Below, in pieces: positions 1 through 13,165 of a stretch of DNA of 64,000 nt. A program made the translations under genes and the position numbers. The DNA comes from the human T2T-CHM13v2.0 reference genome, Homo sapiens, in assembly GCF_009914755.1 (NCBI RefSeq), contig NC_060940.1; one strand, given 5' to 3'. The notes beneath the pieces are model-generated. The model did not search any database. It saw only the letters and a program-made list of their open reading frames with translations, and had not been told where the DNA came from. Positions within the stretch are counted from its first letter, which is position 1. Every line of letters starts with the position of its first letter.

Positions 1-2725
1 ATGATTCCATTCGAGTCCATTTGATGATTCCATTCAATTCCATTCTCCGATGATTTCTTTTGAGCCCACTCAATGCTTCCACTCGATTCCATATGATGAT
101 GACTCCATTCGATGAAATTCGATGATGATTCCATTCGCTTGCTTTCAATGATGATTCCACTTGAGTCCGTTAGAAGATTCTATTCAATTACATTCCATGA
201 CGATTCCGTTCGAGTCCATTTGATGATTCCATTAGACTCCATTCGACGATGATTCCATTCGATGTTATTCGATGATTCCATTCGATCTCATTCGTTGATG
301 ATTCCATTCAACTCTTTTCGATGTATCCATTCGAGTTCATTCTATTATTCCATTAGATTCAATTCGATGATGATTCCATTCGATTCCATTTGATGATTGC
401 ATTCTATTTCATTTGATGATGATTCCATTCGAGTCCACTCGATGATTCCATTCGAGTCCATTTAATGAATCCATTGGTTTCAATTCTATGATGATTACAT
501 TGGATTCCATTCGTTGATGATTTCATTCGGCTCCATTCAATGATGATTCTATTCAATTCCTTTCAATGTTTCCATTCAATTCCATGCGATGATGATTCCA
601 TTTGATTTGATTCGACAGTGAGCCATTCGATTCAATTCCATGATGATTCTATTTTATTCAATTGGTTGACATTTCCATTCGATTCCATTCGATGATGATT
701 CCCTTTGATTCCATTCAAAGATGATTCCATTCTAGCCCATTCAATCATTCCATTCGATTCTATTCAATGATGATTCCATTCATGTCGATTTGGTGATTCC
801 ATTTGACTTCATTTGATGATGATTCCTTTCAAGTTCATTAGATGATTCCATTCGATTCCATTTGATGATGATCCCATTCGAGTCCATTCAGTGATTCCAT
901 TCGTTTCCATTCCATGATGATTCCATTCCATTCCATGCAATGATTCCATTCGATTCCGTTTGATGATGATTTCATTCGAGTCCATTTGATGATTCCATTT
1001 GATTCCATTCGATGATGATTCCATTCGAGTCCATTCGATGATTCTATTCGAATCCATTTGATGATTTCTTTTGATTATAGTTGGTGATGATTCCATTGGA
1101 GTCCATTCAATGATTCCATTCGATTCCAATCGATGGTGATTCCACTAGAGTCCATTTAATGATTCCATTTGATTCCAGTCTCTGATGATTACATTCGAGT
1201 CCATACGATGATTCCACTCAATTCCATATCATGATGATTCCATTCGATTCCATTCGATGATTCCATTCTATTCTATTCAATGGTGATTCCATTCGAGTAC
1301 ATTAGATGATTCCATTCGATTCCATTCAATGATGATTCTATTTGTGTCCCTTAGATGATTCCACATGATTCCATTAGATGATGATACTATTTCAGCCCAT
1401 CCAATGATTCCCTTCGATTCCATTCAATGAGGATTCCATTCGATTCAATTCATTGGTGATTCTATTCAATTCAATTCTTTGATTCCATTCCATTCCATTC
1501 GACAATGATTCCATTCGATTTCTTTCGATGTTTCCACTCGATTCCACTTGACATTGATTCCATTCGATTCCATTCAATGATTCCATTTGATTCCAGTGGA
1601 TGATGATTGCCATCGATTCCGTTCGATCACTCCATTCTATTCCATTTGATGATGATTACATTCGATCCCATTTGATGATTCCATCTGATTCTATTCGAGG
1701 ATTCCATTTGATTCCATTCGATGATGATTCCATTCGAGTCCATTCGATGATTTCATTCGAGTACATCCAATGATTCCATTCGAGTCCATTTGATGATTCC
1801 ATTTGATTCCATTTGATTATGATTCTACTAGAGTCCATTCAATGACTCCATTCGAGTCCATTCAACAATTCCATTCGAGTCCATTCGATGATTCCATTCG
1901 ATTGCATTCGATGATTCCATTATATTCCATTCAACGGTGATTCCATTCGAGTCCATTCGATGATTCCATTAGAGTACATTTAATGATTGCTTTGTTTTCA
2001 ATTCGAAGATGATTACATTGGATTCCATTCTATGATACCATTCGATTCCATTCAATGATGATTCCACTCAAATCCATTGGATGATTCCATTCGTGTCCAT
2101 TCGGTGATTTCATTAGATTCAATTCGAGGATGATTCCATTCGATTCCATTCGATGATTCCATTCAATTCCATTCGATGATGATTCCATTCCAGTCCATAT
2201 GATCATTCCATTTGATTTCATTCGATGATGATTCCATTCGATTCCATTCGACGATTCCATTCTATTCCATTCGATGATGATTCCATTCGAGTCCATTCGA
2301 TGATTCCATTCGAGTCCATTTAATGATTCCATTGGGTTCAATTCAATGATGATTACATTGGATTCTGTTCTATGATTCCATTCAATTCCGTTCATTGACA
2401 ATTTGATTCCATTCGATGATGATTCCATTTGAGTTCATTCGATGATTCTTTTCGATTCTCTTCGATGGTGATTCAATTCTATTATATTGGATGATTCCAT
2501 TCGATGCCATTTGATGTTGATTCAATTCGATTCTATTCGATGATGATTCCATTGGATTTCACTTGATGATTCTATTCGATTCCATTCAATGATGATTCAC
2601 TTCTCGTCCATTGGATGATTCCATTTCATTCCATTCGATGATGATTCCATTCGATTCCATTCGATAATTCCATTTGATTCCATTCGACGGTGAGCAATTC
2701 GATTCAATTCCATGATGATTCTATT

Positions 2726-2736
2726 TGATTCAATTA
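2726..2736 (-). promoter_or_regulatory. Candidate DUX4 binding motif TAATTGAATCA (representative; recurs about once per unit)
   Basis: + strand TGATTCAATTA at 2726, 8657, 18639, 28625, 34737, 44556, 52143 and 55028. It matches the DUX4 consensus TAAYBBAATCA. Occupancy cannot be shown from sequence. Confidence 0.45.
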
Positions 2737-5700
2737 GATGATGTTTCCATTCGAATCCATTCCATGATTATTCCATTGGAATCCATTCGGCGATGATTCC
2801 ATATGAGTCAATTCAATGATGATTCCATATGGGTCCGTTCAATGATAATTCCATTTGATTTCATTCGATGCTTCTATTCTATTCCAGTCGATGATGATTC
2901 CGTTGGAGTCCATACGATGATTCCATTTGATTTCATTTGATGATGATTCCATTCGATGACGATTACATTGGATTCCATTCTATGATTCCATTCAATTCCA
3001 TTCGTTGATGATTCGATTCCATTCAATGATGATTCCATTTGAGTTCATTCGATGATTCTATTCGATTCCGTTTGATGGTGATTCAATTCTATTATATTGG
3101 ATGATTCCACTCGATTCCATTTGATGATTATTCCATTGGAGTCCACTTAGTGAATCCTTTAGATTCTACTCGAAGATGATTCCATTCCAGTCCATTCGAT
3201 GATACCATTCAATTCCATTCGTTGATGCTTCCATTCAAGTGCATTCGATGATATCATTCGATTCCATTTGATGATAATTCCATTTGATTCCATGCGATGA
3301 TTCTATTCGATTCCATTCAATGATAATTCCATTCAATTCAGTGATTCCTCTGGACTCCATTTGATGATGATTCCATTCAATGATTCCATTCGATTCTATT
3401 CGAAAATGATTCCATTTGAATCCATTTGATGATGATTCCATTAGATTCCATTTGATGATTCCATTCAATTCCATTCGACGATGATTCCATTCGATTCCAT
3501 TTGATGATTCCATTCTATTCTATTCGATGATGATTCCATTCGATTCCGTTTGATGATGATTGGATTCGATTCCATTTGATGATTTCATTTGATCCCATTC
3601 GTTAATGATTTCGGTCAATTCCATTCGATGATTCCATTCGATTCCATTCGATAATGATTACATCCGAGTCCATTCGATGATTCCATTTAAGCCTGTTCGA
3701 TAATTCCATTTGAGTCCAATCAATGATTCCATTCATTTCCATTCAATGATTCCATTCGAGTCCATTTGATCATTCCGGTAGGGTCCATTCGATGTTGATT
3801 CCATTGGAGTGCATTCGATGATTCCACTCGAGTCCATTTTATGATTTGATTCGAGTCCTTTCGATGATTCCATTCGATTCCACTCGATGATGATTTCATT
3901 CGAGTCCATTCGACACTTCCAATCGATTCCATTTGATGTTTCCATTCGAGTCCAATTGATGATTCCATTCAATTCCATTCGATGATGATTCCGTACGATT
4001 CCATTCTGTGATGATTCCATGTGATTGCATTCAATGATGATTCCTTTCGATTGCATTCGATTATGATTCATTTCGTGTTCATTCTATGGTTCCACAGGTT
4101 TCCATTCGTGTCCATTCCATTATTCCATTCTATTCCATTTGATGATGATTCCATTCGATTCCATTCATTGGTGATTCCACTCAATTCCATTCAATGATTC
4201 CATTCCATTTCTTTCAACAATGATTCCATTAGTTTCTAATCGATGATCCACTTGATTCCATTTGACGACGATTCCATTCTTGTCCATTCGATGATTCCAT
4301 TTGATTCCATATGATGATGATTCCATTCGATTCCATACGATGATGATTCCATTCGAGTCCATTCAATGGTGATTCCATTCAATTCCATTCGATGATTCCT
4401 TTCGATTCCATTCGATGATGATGGCATTCGATTCCTTTCAATCATTCCCTTTGATTGCATTCAAAGGTGATTTCATTCAAGTCCATTCGATAATTGCATT
4501 CGATTCCATTCTATGATGATTCCATTCGAGTCCATTTGATGATTCCATTCAATTCAAGTCAATGATGATTCCATTCGATTCCATTCGATGATTCCATTGG
4601 ATTCCATTCGATGATGATTCCATTCAAATCCATTCGATAATTCAATTCAAGTCCATTCGATGATGATTCCAATCGAATCCATTCAAAGATTCCATTCAGT
4701 TCCATTCGATGATTCCCTTAGATTCCATTCGATGATTCCACTTGATTCCATTTACGATGATTCCATTCGATTCCATGTGATGATTCCATCAATTCTATTC
4801 AATGAGGTTTCCATTTGATTCCATTCGACCATGATTGCCTTTGATTCCATTCAATGATTCCATTCGGTTCCTTTTGATGATGATTCCATTCGATTCCATT
4901 TGATGATTCCATTTGATTCCATTGGATGAGTCCATTCGATTGCATTCGATGATTATTCCCTTCGAGTGCATTACATGATTCCATTCGAGTCCATTCGATG
5001 ATTCCATTCGATTCCATTCGATGTTGATTCTGTTCAAATCCATTCGATGATTCCACTCGATTCCATTCGATGACTCCATTTGATCCCATTCGATGATTTC
5101 CTATGATTCCCTTTGGTGATCATTCCATTTGATTCAATTCGGTGATTTCATTGGATTCCATTCAGTGATGTTTCCATTCGACTCCATTCGATGATGATTC
5201 CATTCGACTCCATTCGATTATGATTTCATTCAATTCCATTCGATAATGATTCCCTTCGAGTCCATTCGATGATTCCATTCGATTCCATTCAACGATGATT
5301 TGATTCGTGTCCATTCGATGATTCCATTTGATTCCACTTGTTGATGATTCCATTCGAGTCCATTTGATGATTCCATTCAATTCCATTCTCCGATGATTTC
5401 TTTTGAGCCCACTCAATGCTTCCACTCGATTCCATATGATGATGACTCCATTCGATGAAATTCGATGATGATTCCATTCGCTTGCTTTCAATGATGATTC
5501 CACTTGAGTCCGTTAGAAGATTCTATTCAATTACATTCCATGACGATTCCGTTCGAGTCCATTTGATGATTCCATTAGACTCCATTCGACGATGATTCCA
5601 TTCGATGTTATTCGATGATTCCATTCGATCTCATTCGTTGATGATTCCATTCAACTCTTTTCAATGTATCCATTCGAGTTCATTCTATTATTCCATTAGA

Positions 5701-8700
5701 TTCCATTCGATGACGATTCCATTCGATTCCATTTGATGATTGCATTCTATTTCATTTGATGATGATTCCATTCGAGTCCACTCGATGATTCCATTCGAGT
5801 CCATTTAATGAATCCATTGGTTTCAATTCTATGATGATTACATTGGATTCCATTCGTTGATGATTTCATTCGGCTCCATTCAATGATGATTCTATTCAAT
5901 TCCTTTCAATGTTTCCATTCAATTCCATACGATGATGATTACATTTGATTTGATTCGACAGTGAGCCATTCGATTCAATTCCATGATGATTCTATTTTAT
6001 TCAATTGGTTGACATTTCCATTCGACTCCATTCGATGATGATTCCCTTTGATTCCATTCAAAGATGATTCCATTCTAGCCCATTCAATCATTCCATTCGA
6101 TTCTATTCAATGATGATTCCATTCATGTCGATTTGGTGATTCCATTTGACTTCATTTGATGATGATTCCTTACAAGTTCATTAGATGATTCCATTCGATT
6201 CCATTTGATGATGATCCCATTCGAGTCCATTCAGTGATTCCATTCATTTCCATTCCATGATGATTCCATTCCATTCCATGCAATGATTCCATTCGATTCC
6301 GTTTGATGATGATTTCATTCGAGTCCATTTGATGATTCCATTTGATTCCATTCGATGATGATTACATTCGAGTCCATACGATGATTCCACTCAATTCCAT
6401 ATGATGATGATTCCATTCGATTCCATTCGATGATTCCATTCTATTCTATTCAATGGTGATTCCATTCGAGTACATTAGATGATTCCATTCGATTCCATTC
6501 AATGATGATTCTATTTGTGTCCCTTAGATGGTTCCACATGATTCCATTTCATGATGATACTATTTGAGCCCATCCAATGATTCCCTTCGATTCCATTCGA
6601 TGAGGATTCCATTCGATTCAATTCATTGGTGATTCTATTCAATTCAATTCTTTGATTCCATTCCATTCCATTCGACAATGATTCCATTCGATTTCTTTCG
6701 ATGATTCCACTCGATTCCACTTGACATTGATTCCATTCGATTCCATTCAATGATTCCGTTTGATTCCAGTGGATGATGATTGCCATCGATTCCATTCGAT
6801 CACTCCATTCTATTCCATTTGATGATGATTACATTCGATTCCATTTGATGATTCCATCTGATTCTATTCGAGGATTCCATTTGATTCCATTCGATGATGA
6901 TTCCATTCGAGTGCATTCGATGATTTCATTCGAGTACATCCAATGATTCCATTCGAGTCCATTTGATGATTCCATTTGATTCCATTTGATTATGATTCTA
7001 CTAGAGTCCATTCAATGACTCCATTCGAATCCATTCTACAATTCCATTCGAGGCCATTCGATGATTCCATTTCATGATTCCATTCGAGTCCATTTAATCA
7101 TTACAGTCGAGTCCATTTGGTGATTCCACTGGATTTCTTTTGATAATGATACCATTCAATTACATTTGATGATGATCCCATTCAATTTCATTTGATGGTG
7201 ATTCCATTAGAGTCCATTCGATGATTTCATTCGAGTCCCTTCATTGATTCCATCCGATTTCATTGGATGATGACTCCATTCGAGTCCATTCGATGATTCC
7301 ACTCGATTCCATTAGATGATTCCATTGGAGTCCATTTGATTGTTCCATTCGATTCTATTCGATTCCTTTCGAAGATTATTCCATTTGAGTCCATTCGATG
7401 ATGATTCCATTCCATTCCATTCGATGATTCCGTTTGATTCCATTCGATGATTCCCTTCGATTCCTTTCTTTGATGATTCCATTCCATTCCATTCAATGAT
7501 TCCATTCGAATCTATTCCATGATGATTCCTTTCGATTCCATTCGCTGATGTTTCCGTTCAATTCCATTCGATGATGATTCCATTTGATTCCATTCATTGA
7601 GGATTCCATTTGATTCCATTCAATGATGATTCCATTCTATTCCATTCAATGATTGCATTCAATTCCATTCAATGATTATCCCCTTAGAGTAAACTCAACG
7701 ATTCCATTCAATACCATTCGATGATGATTCCTTTTGAGTCCACTCAATGATTTCATTCAAGTCCATTTGATGATTCCTTTCAATTCCATTCTATGATGAT
7801 TCCATTCGAGTCCATTCGATGATTCCATTCGATTGCATTCGATGATTCCATTATATTCCATTCAACGATGATTCCATTCGAGTCCATTCGATGATTCCAT
7901 TAGAGTACATTTAATGATTGCTTTGTTTTCAATTCGAAGATGATTACATTGGATTCCATTCTATGATACCATTCGATTCCATTCAATGATGATTCCACTC
8001 AAATCCATTGGATGATTCCATTCGTGTCCATTCGGTGATTTCATTACATTCCATTCGAGGATGATTCCATTCGATTCCATTCGATGATTCCATTCAACTC
8101 CATTCGATGATGATTCCATTCCAGTCCATATGATCATTCCATTTGATTTCATTCGATGATGATTCCATTCGATTCCATTCGATGATTCCATTCTATTCCA
8201 TTCGATGATGATTCCACTCGAGTCCATTCGATGATTCCATTCGAGTCCATTTAATGATTCCATTGGGTTCAATTCAATGATGATTACATTGGATTCCGTT
8301 CTATGATTCCATTCAATTCCGTTCAATGACAATTTGATTCCATTCGATGATGATTCCATTTGAGTTCATTCGATGATTCTATTCGATTCTCTTCGATGGT
8401 GATTCAATTCTATTATATTGGATGATTCCATTCGATTCCATTTGATGTTGATTCAATTCGATTCTATTCGATGATGATTCCATTGGATTTCACTTGATGA
8501 TTCTATTCGATTCCATTCAATGATGATTCACTTCTCGTCCATTGGATGATTCCATTTCATTCCATTCGATGATGATTCCATTCGATTCCATTCGATGATT
8601 CCATTTGATTCCATGCGTCGGTGAGCAATTCGATTCAATTCCATGATGATTCTATTTGATTCAATTAGATGATGTTTCCATTCGAATCCATTCCATGATT

Positions 8701-11324
8701 ATTCCATTGGAATCCATTCGGCGATGATTCCATATGAGTCAATTCAATGATGATTCCATATGGGTCCGTTCGATGATAATTCCATTTGATTTCATTTGAT
8801 GCTTCTATTCTATTCCAGTCGATGATGATTCCGTTGGAGTCCATACGATGATTCCATTTGATTTCATTTGATGATGATTCCATTCGATGATGATTACATT
8901 GGATTCCATTCTATGATTCCATTCAATTCCATTCGTTGATGATTCGATTCCATTCAATGATGATTCCATTTGAGTTCATTCGATGATTCTATTCGATTAA
9001 GTTCGATGGTGATTCAATTCTCTTATATTGGATGATTCCACTCGATTCCATTTGATGATTATTCCATTGGAGTCCACTTAGTGAATCCTTCAGATTCTAC
9101 TTGAAGATGATTCCATTCAAGTCCATTCGATGATACCATTCAATTCCATTCGTTGATGCTTCCTTTCAAGTGCATTCGATGATATCATTCGATTCCATTT
9201 GATGATAATTCCATTTGATTCCATGCGATGATTCTATTCGATTCCATTCAATGATAATTCCATTCAGTTCAGTGATTCCTCTGGACTCCATTTGATGATG
9301 ATTCCATTCAATGATTCCATTCGATTCTATTCGAAAATGATTCCATTTGAATCCATTTGATGATGATTCCATTAGATTCCATTTGATGATTCCATTCGAT
9401 TCCATGCGACGATGATTCCATTCGATTCCGTGTGATGATTCCATTCTATTCTATTCGATGATGATTCCATTCGATTCCATTCGATGATGATTGGATTCGA
9501 TTCCATTTGATGATTTCATTTGATTCCATTCGTTAATGATTTCGATCAATTCCATTCGATGATTCCATTCGATTCCATTCGATAATGATTACATCCGTGT
9601 CCATTCAGTGATTCCATTTGAGCCTGTTCGATAATTCCATTTGAGTCCAACCAATGATTCCATTCATTTCCATTCAATGATTCCATTCGAGTCCATTTGA
9701 TCATTCCGGTAGGGTCCATTCGATGTTGATTCCATTGGAGTGCATTCGATGATTCCATTCGAGTCCATTTTATGATTTGATTCGAGTCCTTTCGATGATT
9801 CCATTCGATTCCACTCGATGATGATTCATTCGAGTCCATTCGACACTTCCAATCGATTCCATTTGATGTTTCCATTCGAGTCCAATTGATGATTCCATTC
9901 AATTCCATTCGATGATGATTCCGTACGATTCCATTCTGTGATGATTCCATGTGATTGCATTCAATGATGATTCCTTTCGATTGCATTCGATTATGATTCA
10001 TTTCGTGTTCATTCTATGGTTCCACAGGTTTCCATTCGATGACGTTTCCGTTCGTGTCCATTCCATTATTCCATTCTATTTCATTTGATGATGATTCCAT
10101 TCGATTCCATTCATTGGTGATTCCACTCAATTCCATTCAATGATTCCGTTCCATTTCTTTCAACAATGATTCCATTAGTTTCTATTCGATGATCCACTTG
10201 ATTCCATTTGGCGATGATTCCATTCGTGTCCATTCGATGATTCCATTTGATTCCATATGATGATGATTCCATTCGATTCCATACGATGATGATTCCATTC
10301 GAGTCCATTCAATGGTGATTCCATTCAATTCCATTCGATGATTCCTTCCGATTCCATTCGATGATGATGGCATTCGATTCCTTTCAATCATTCCCTTTGA
10401 TTCCATTCAAAGGTGATTTCATTCAAGTCCATTCGATAATTGCATTCGATTCCATTCTATGATGATTCCATTCGAGTCCATTTGATGATTCCATTCAATT
10501 CAAGTCAATGATGATTCCATTCAATTCCACTCGATGATTCCATTGGATTCCATTCGATGATGATTCCATTCAAATCCATTCGATAATTCAATTCAAGTCC
10601 ATTCGATGATGATTCCAATCGAATCCATTCAAAGATTCCATTCAATTCCATTCGATGACGATTCCCTTAGATTCCATTCGATGATTCCACTTGATTCCAT
10701 TTACGATGATTCCATTCGATTCCATGTGATGATTCCATTCAATTCTATTCAATGATGTTTCCATTTGATTCCATTGGACCATGATTGCCTTTGATTCCAT
10801 TCAATGATTCCATTCGGTTCCATTTGATGATGATTCCGTTCGATTCCATTTCATTATTCCATTTGATTCCATTGGATGAGTCCATTCGATTACATTCGAT
10901 GATAATTCCATTCGAGTGCATTAGATGATTGCATTCGAGTCCATTCGATGATTCCATTCGATTCCATTCGATGTTGATTCTGTTCAAATCCATTCGATGA
11001 TTCCACTCGATTCCATTCGATGACTCCATTTGATCCCATTCGATGATTTCCTGTGATTCCCTTTGATGATCATTCTATTTGATTCAATTCGGTGATTTCA
11101 TTTCATTCCATTCAGTGATGTTTCCATTCGACTGTATTCCATGATGATTCCATTCGACTCCATTCGATTATGATTTCATTCAATTCCATTCAATAATGAT
11201 TCCCTTCGAGTCCATTCGATGATTCCATTCGATTCCATTCAACGATGATTTGATTCGTTTCCATTCGATGATTCCATTTGATTCCACTTGATGATGATTC
11301 CATTCGAGTCCATTTGATGATTCC

Positions 11325-13165
11325 ATTCGAGTCTATTTATGTATTGTATTCGTGTCCACTTCATGATTCCATTCAATTCCATTTAATGTTGATTCCATTT
11401 GATTCCATTTGATGATTCAGTTCGATTCCTTGCAATGATTCCCTACGATTCCTTTCTATGATGATTCCATTCGATTCCATTCATTGATGATTTCATTCGA
11501 CTCCATTCGATGATGATTCCTTTCGATTCCATTTGACGATGTTTCCATTCGAGTCCATTCGATGATGATTCTATTCAATTCTGTTCTATTATGATTCCAT
11601 TCGATTTCATTCAATGCTTCTATTTGATTCCATTCGATGATGATTCCATCTCTTTCCCTTCGATGATTCCATTTGATTCCATTCAGTGATGATTCCATTT
11701 GATTCCATCTGATGATGATTTCACTTGATTCCTTTCAATGATGATTCAATTCAAGTCCATTCGATGATTCCATTGGAGTCCAAACGATCATTCCGTTCGA
11801 TTCCATTCAATGGTGATTCCATTCATGTCCATTCGATGAATCCATTCAATTCCATTCGATGATGACTCCATTCGAGTACATTCGATGATTCCATTTGATT
11901 CCATTTGAAGATGATTCCATTCAATTCCATTCGAAGATGATTCCATTCAATTCCATTCGATGATGATTCCGTATGAATCCATTCTCTGATTATTCCATTC
12001 GATTCCATTCATTGACGATTCCATTCAATTCCATTCAAAGATGATTCTCTTCTATTCCATTCGATGATTCCGGTCGATTCCATTCGATGATGATTCCATT
12101 AGATTCCATTCGATTGTTGCATTCGATTCCCTTCGATGATGATTCCTTTGAATTCCATTCGATTATCATTCCGTATGAATCCATTTGATGATTATTCCAT
12201 TGGATTCCTTTCGATGATGATTCCATTCAATTCCATTTGATGATGTTTCTCTTGTATTCCATTGGATAATTCCTTTCAGTTCCCTTCGATGATTATTCTT
12301 TCGAGTCAATTCGATGATTCTATTCCATTCCCTTCGATGATGATTCCATTTCACTCCATTTGATGATTCCATTCGACTCAATTTGGTGATGATTCAATTC
12401 GATGACATTCGATGACTCCATTCAATTTCATTTGATGATGATTACATTCGAGTCCATTTGATGATTGTATTCCTTTCCTTTTGATGATTATTCCATTCGT
12501 GTCTATTCAAAGGTTCCATTCTATTCCATTCAATGATGATTGCATTTGATTCCATTCAATGATTATGGCTATCGATTCCACTCGTTGATTCCATTTGATT
12601 CCGTTCGATGATTATTCTGTTAGATTCCATTAGAAGATTCCATTCGATTTTATTCAATGATTCCAATGGATTCCATTCAATGATGATTCCATTCGACTCC
12701 ATTCAGTGATTCCATTCGAGTCCATTTGATGATTCCATTCTTTTCCATTTGATGATGATTCCATTAGGGTCCATTCAATGATTCCATTCGAGTCCATTCG
12801 TTAATGCCTTTCGAGTCCTTTTGATCACTACATTCGAGTCCATTCAATGATTCTATTCGATTCCATTCCATGATGATTCCATTCGAGTTCATTCGATGAT
12901 TGCATTCGAGTCCATTTGATGATTCCATATGATTCCCTTCGACAATGATTCCATTCGTGTCCATTTGATGATTCCATTCATTTCCTATCGATGAAGATTC
13001 CATTCAAGTGTATTCGATGATTCCATTCAAATCCATTCGATGATGATTCCATTCCAGTCCATTCGATCATTCCACTTGATTCCATTTGATGACTATTCCA
13101 TTCAAATCCATTTGATGATTCCATTCGATTCCATTCGATGTTACCATTCGAGTATATACGATGAT
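11325..13165 (+). repeat. Non-unit HSat2 block 'E' (~1.84 kb), copy 1
   Basis: Starts gtctatttatgtattgtattcgtgtcc, contains ccctacgatt, ttatggctatcg and gatcactacattc, and ends agtatatacg. These markers are absent from the 6112-bp unit. Confidence 0.85.

Noticed and set aside
2770-2782. Short palindrome ATTCCATTGGAAT containing a reverse-orientation TGGAAT
   Set aside because: It is explained by two point substitutions in the consensus, not an inversion, and is too short to imply a structure.
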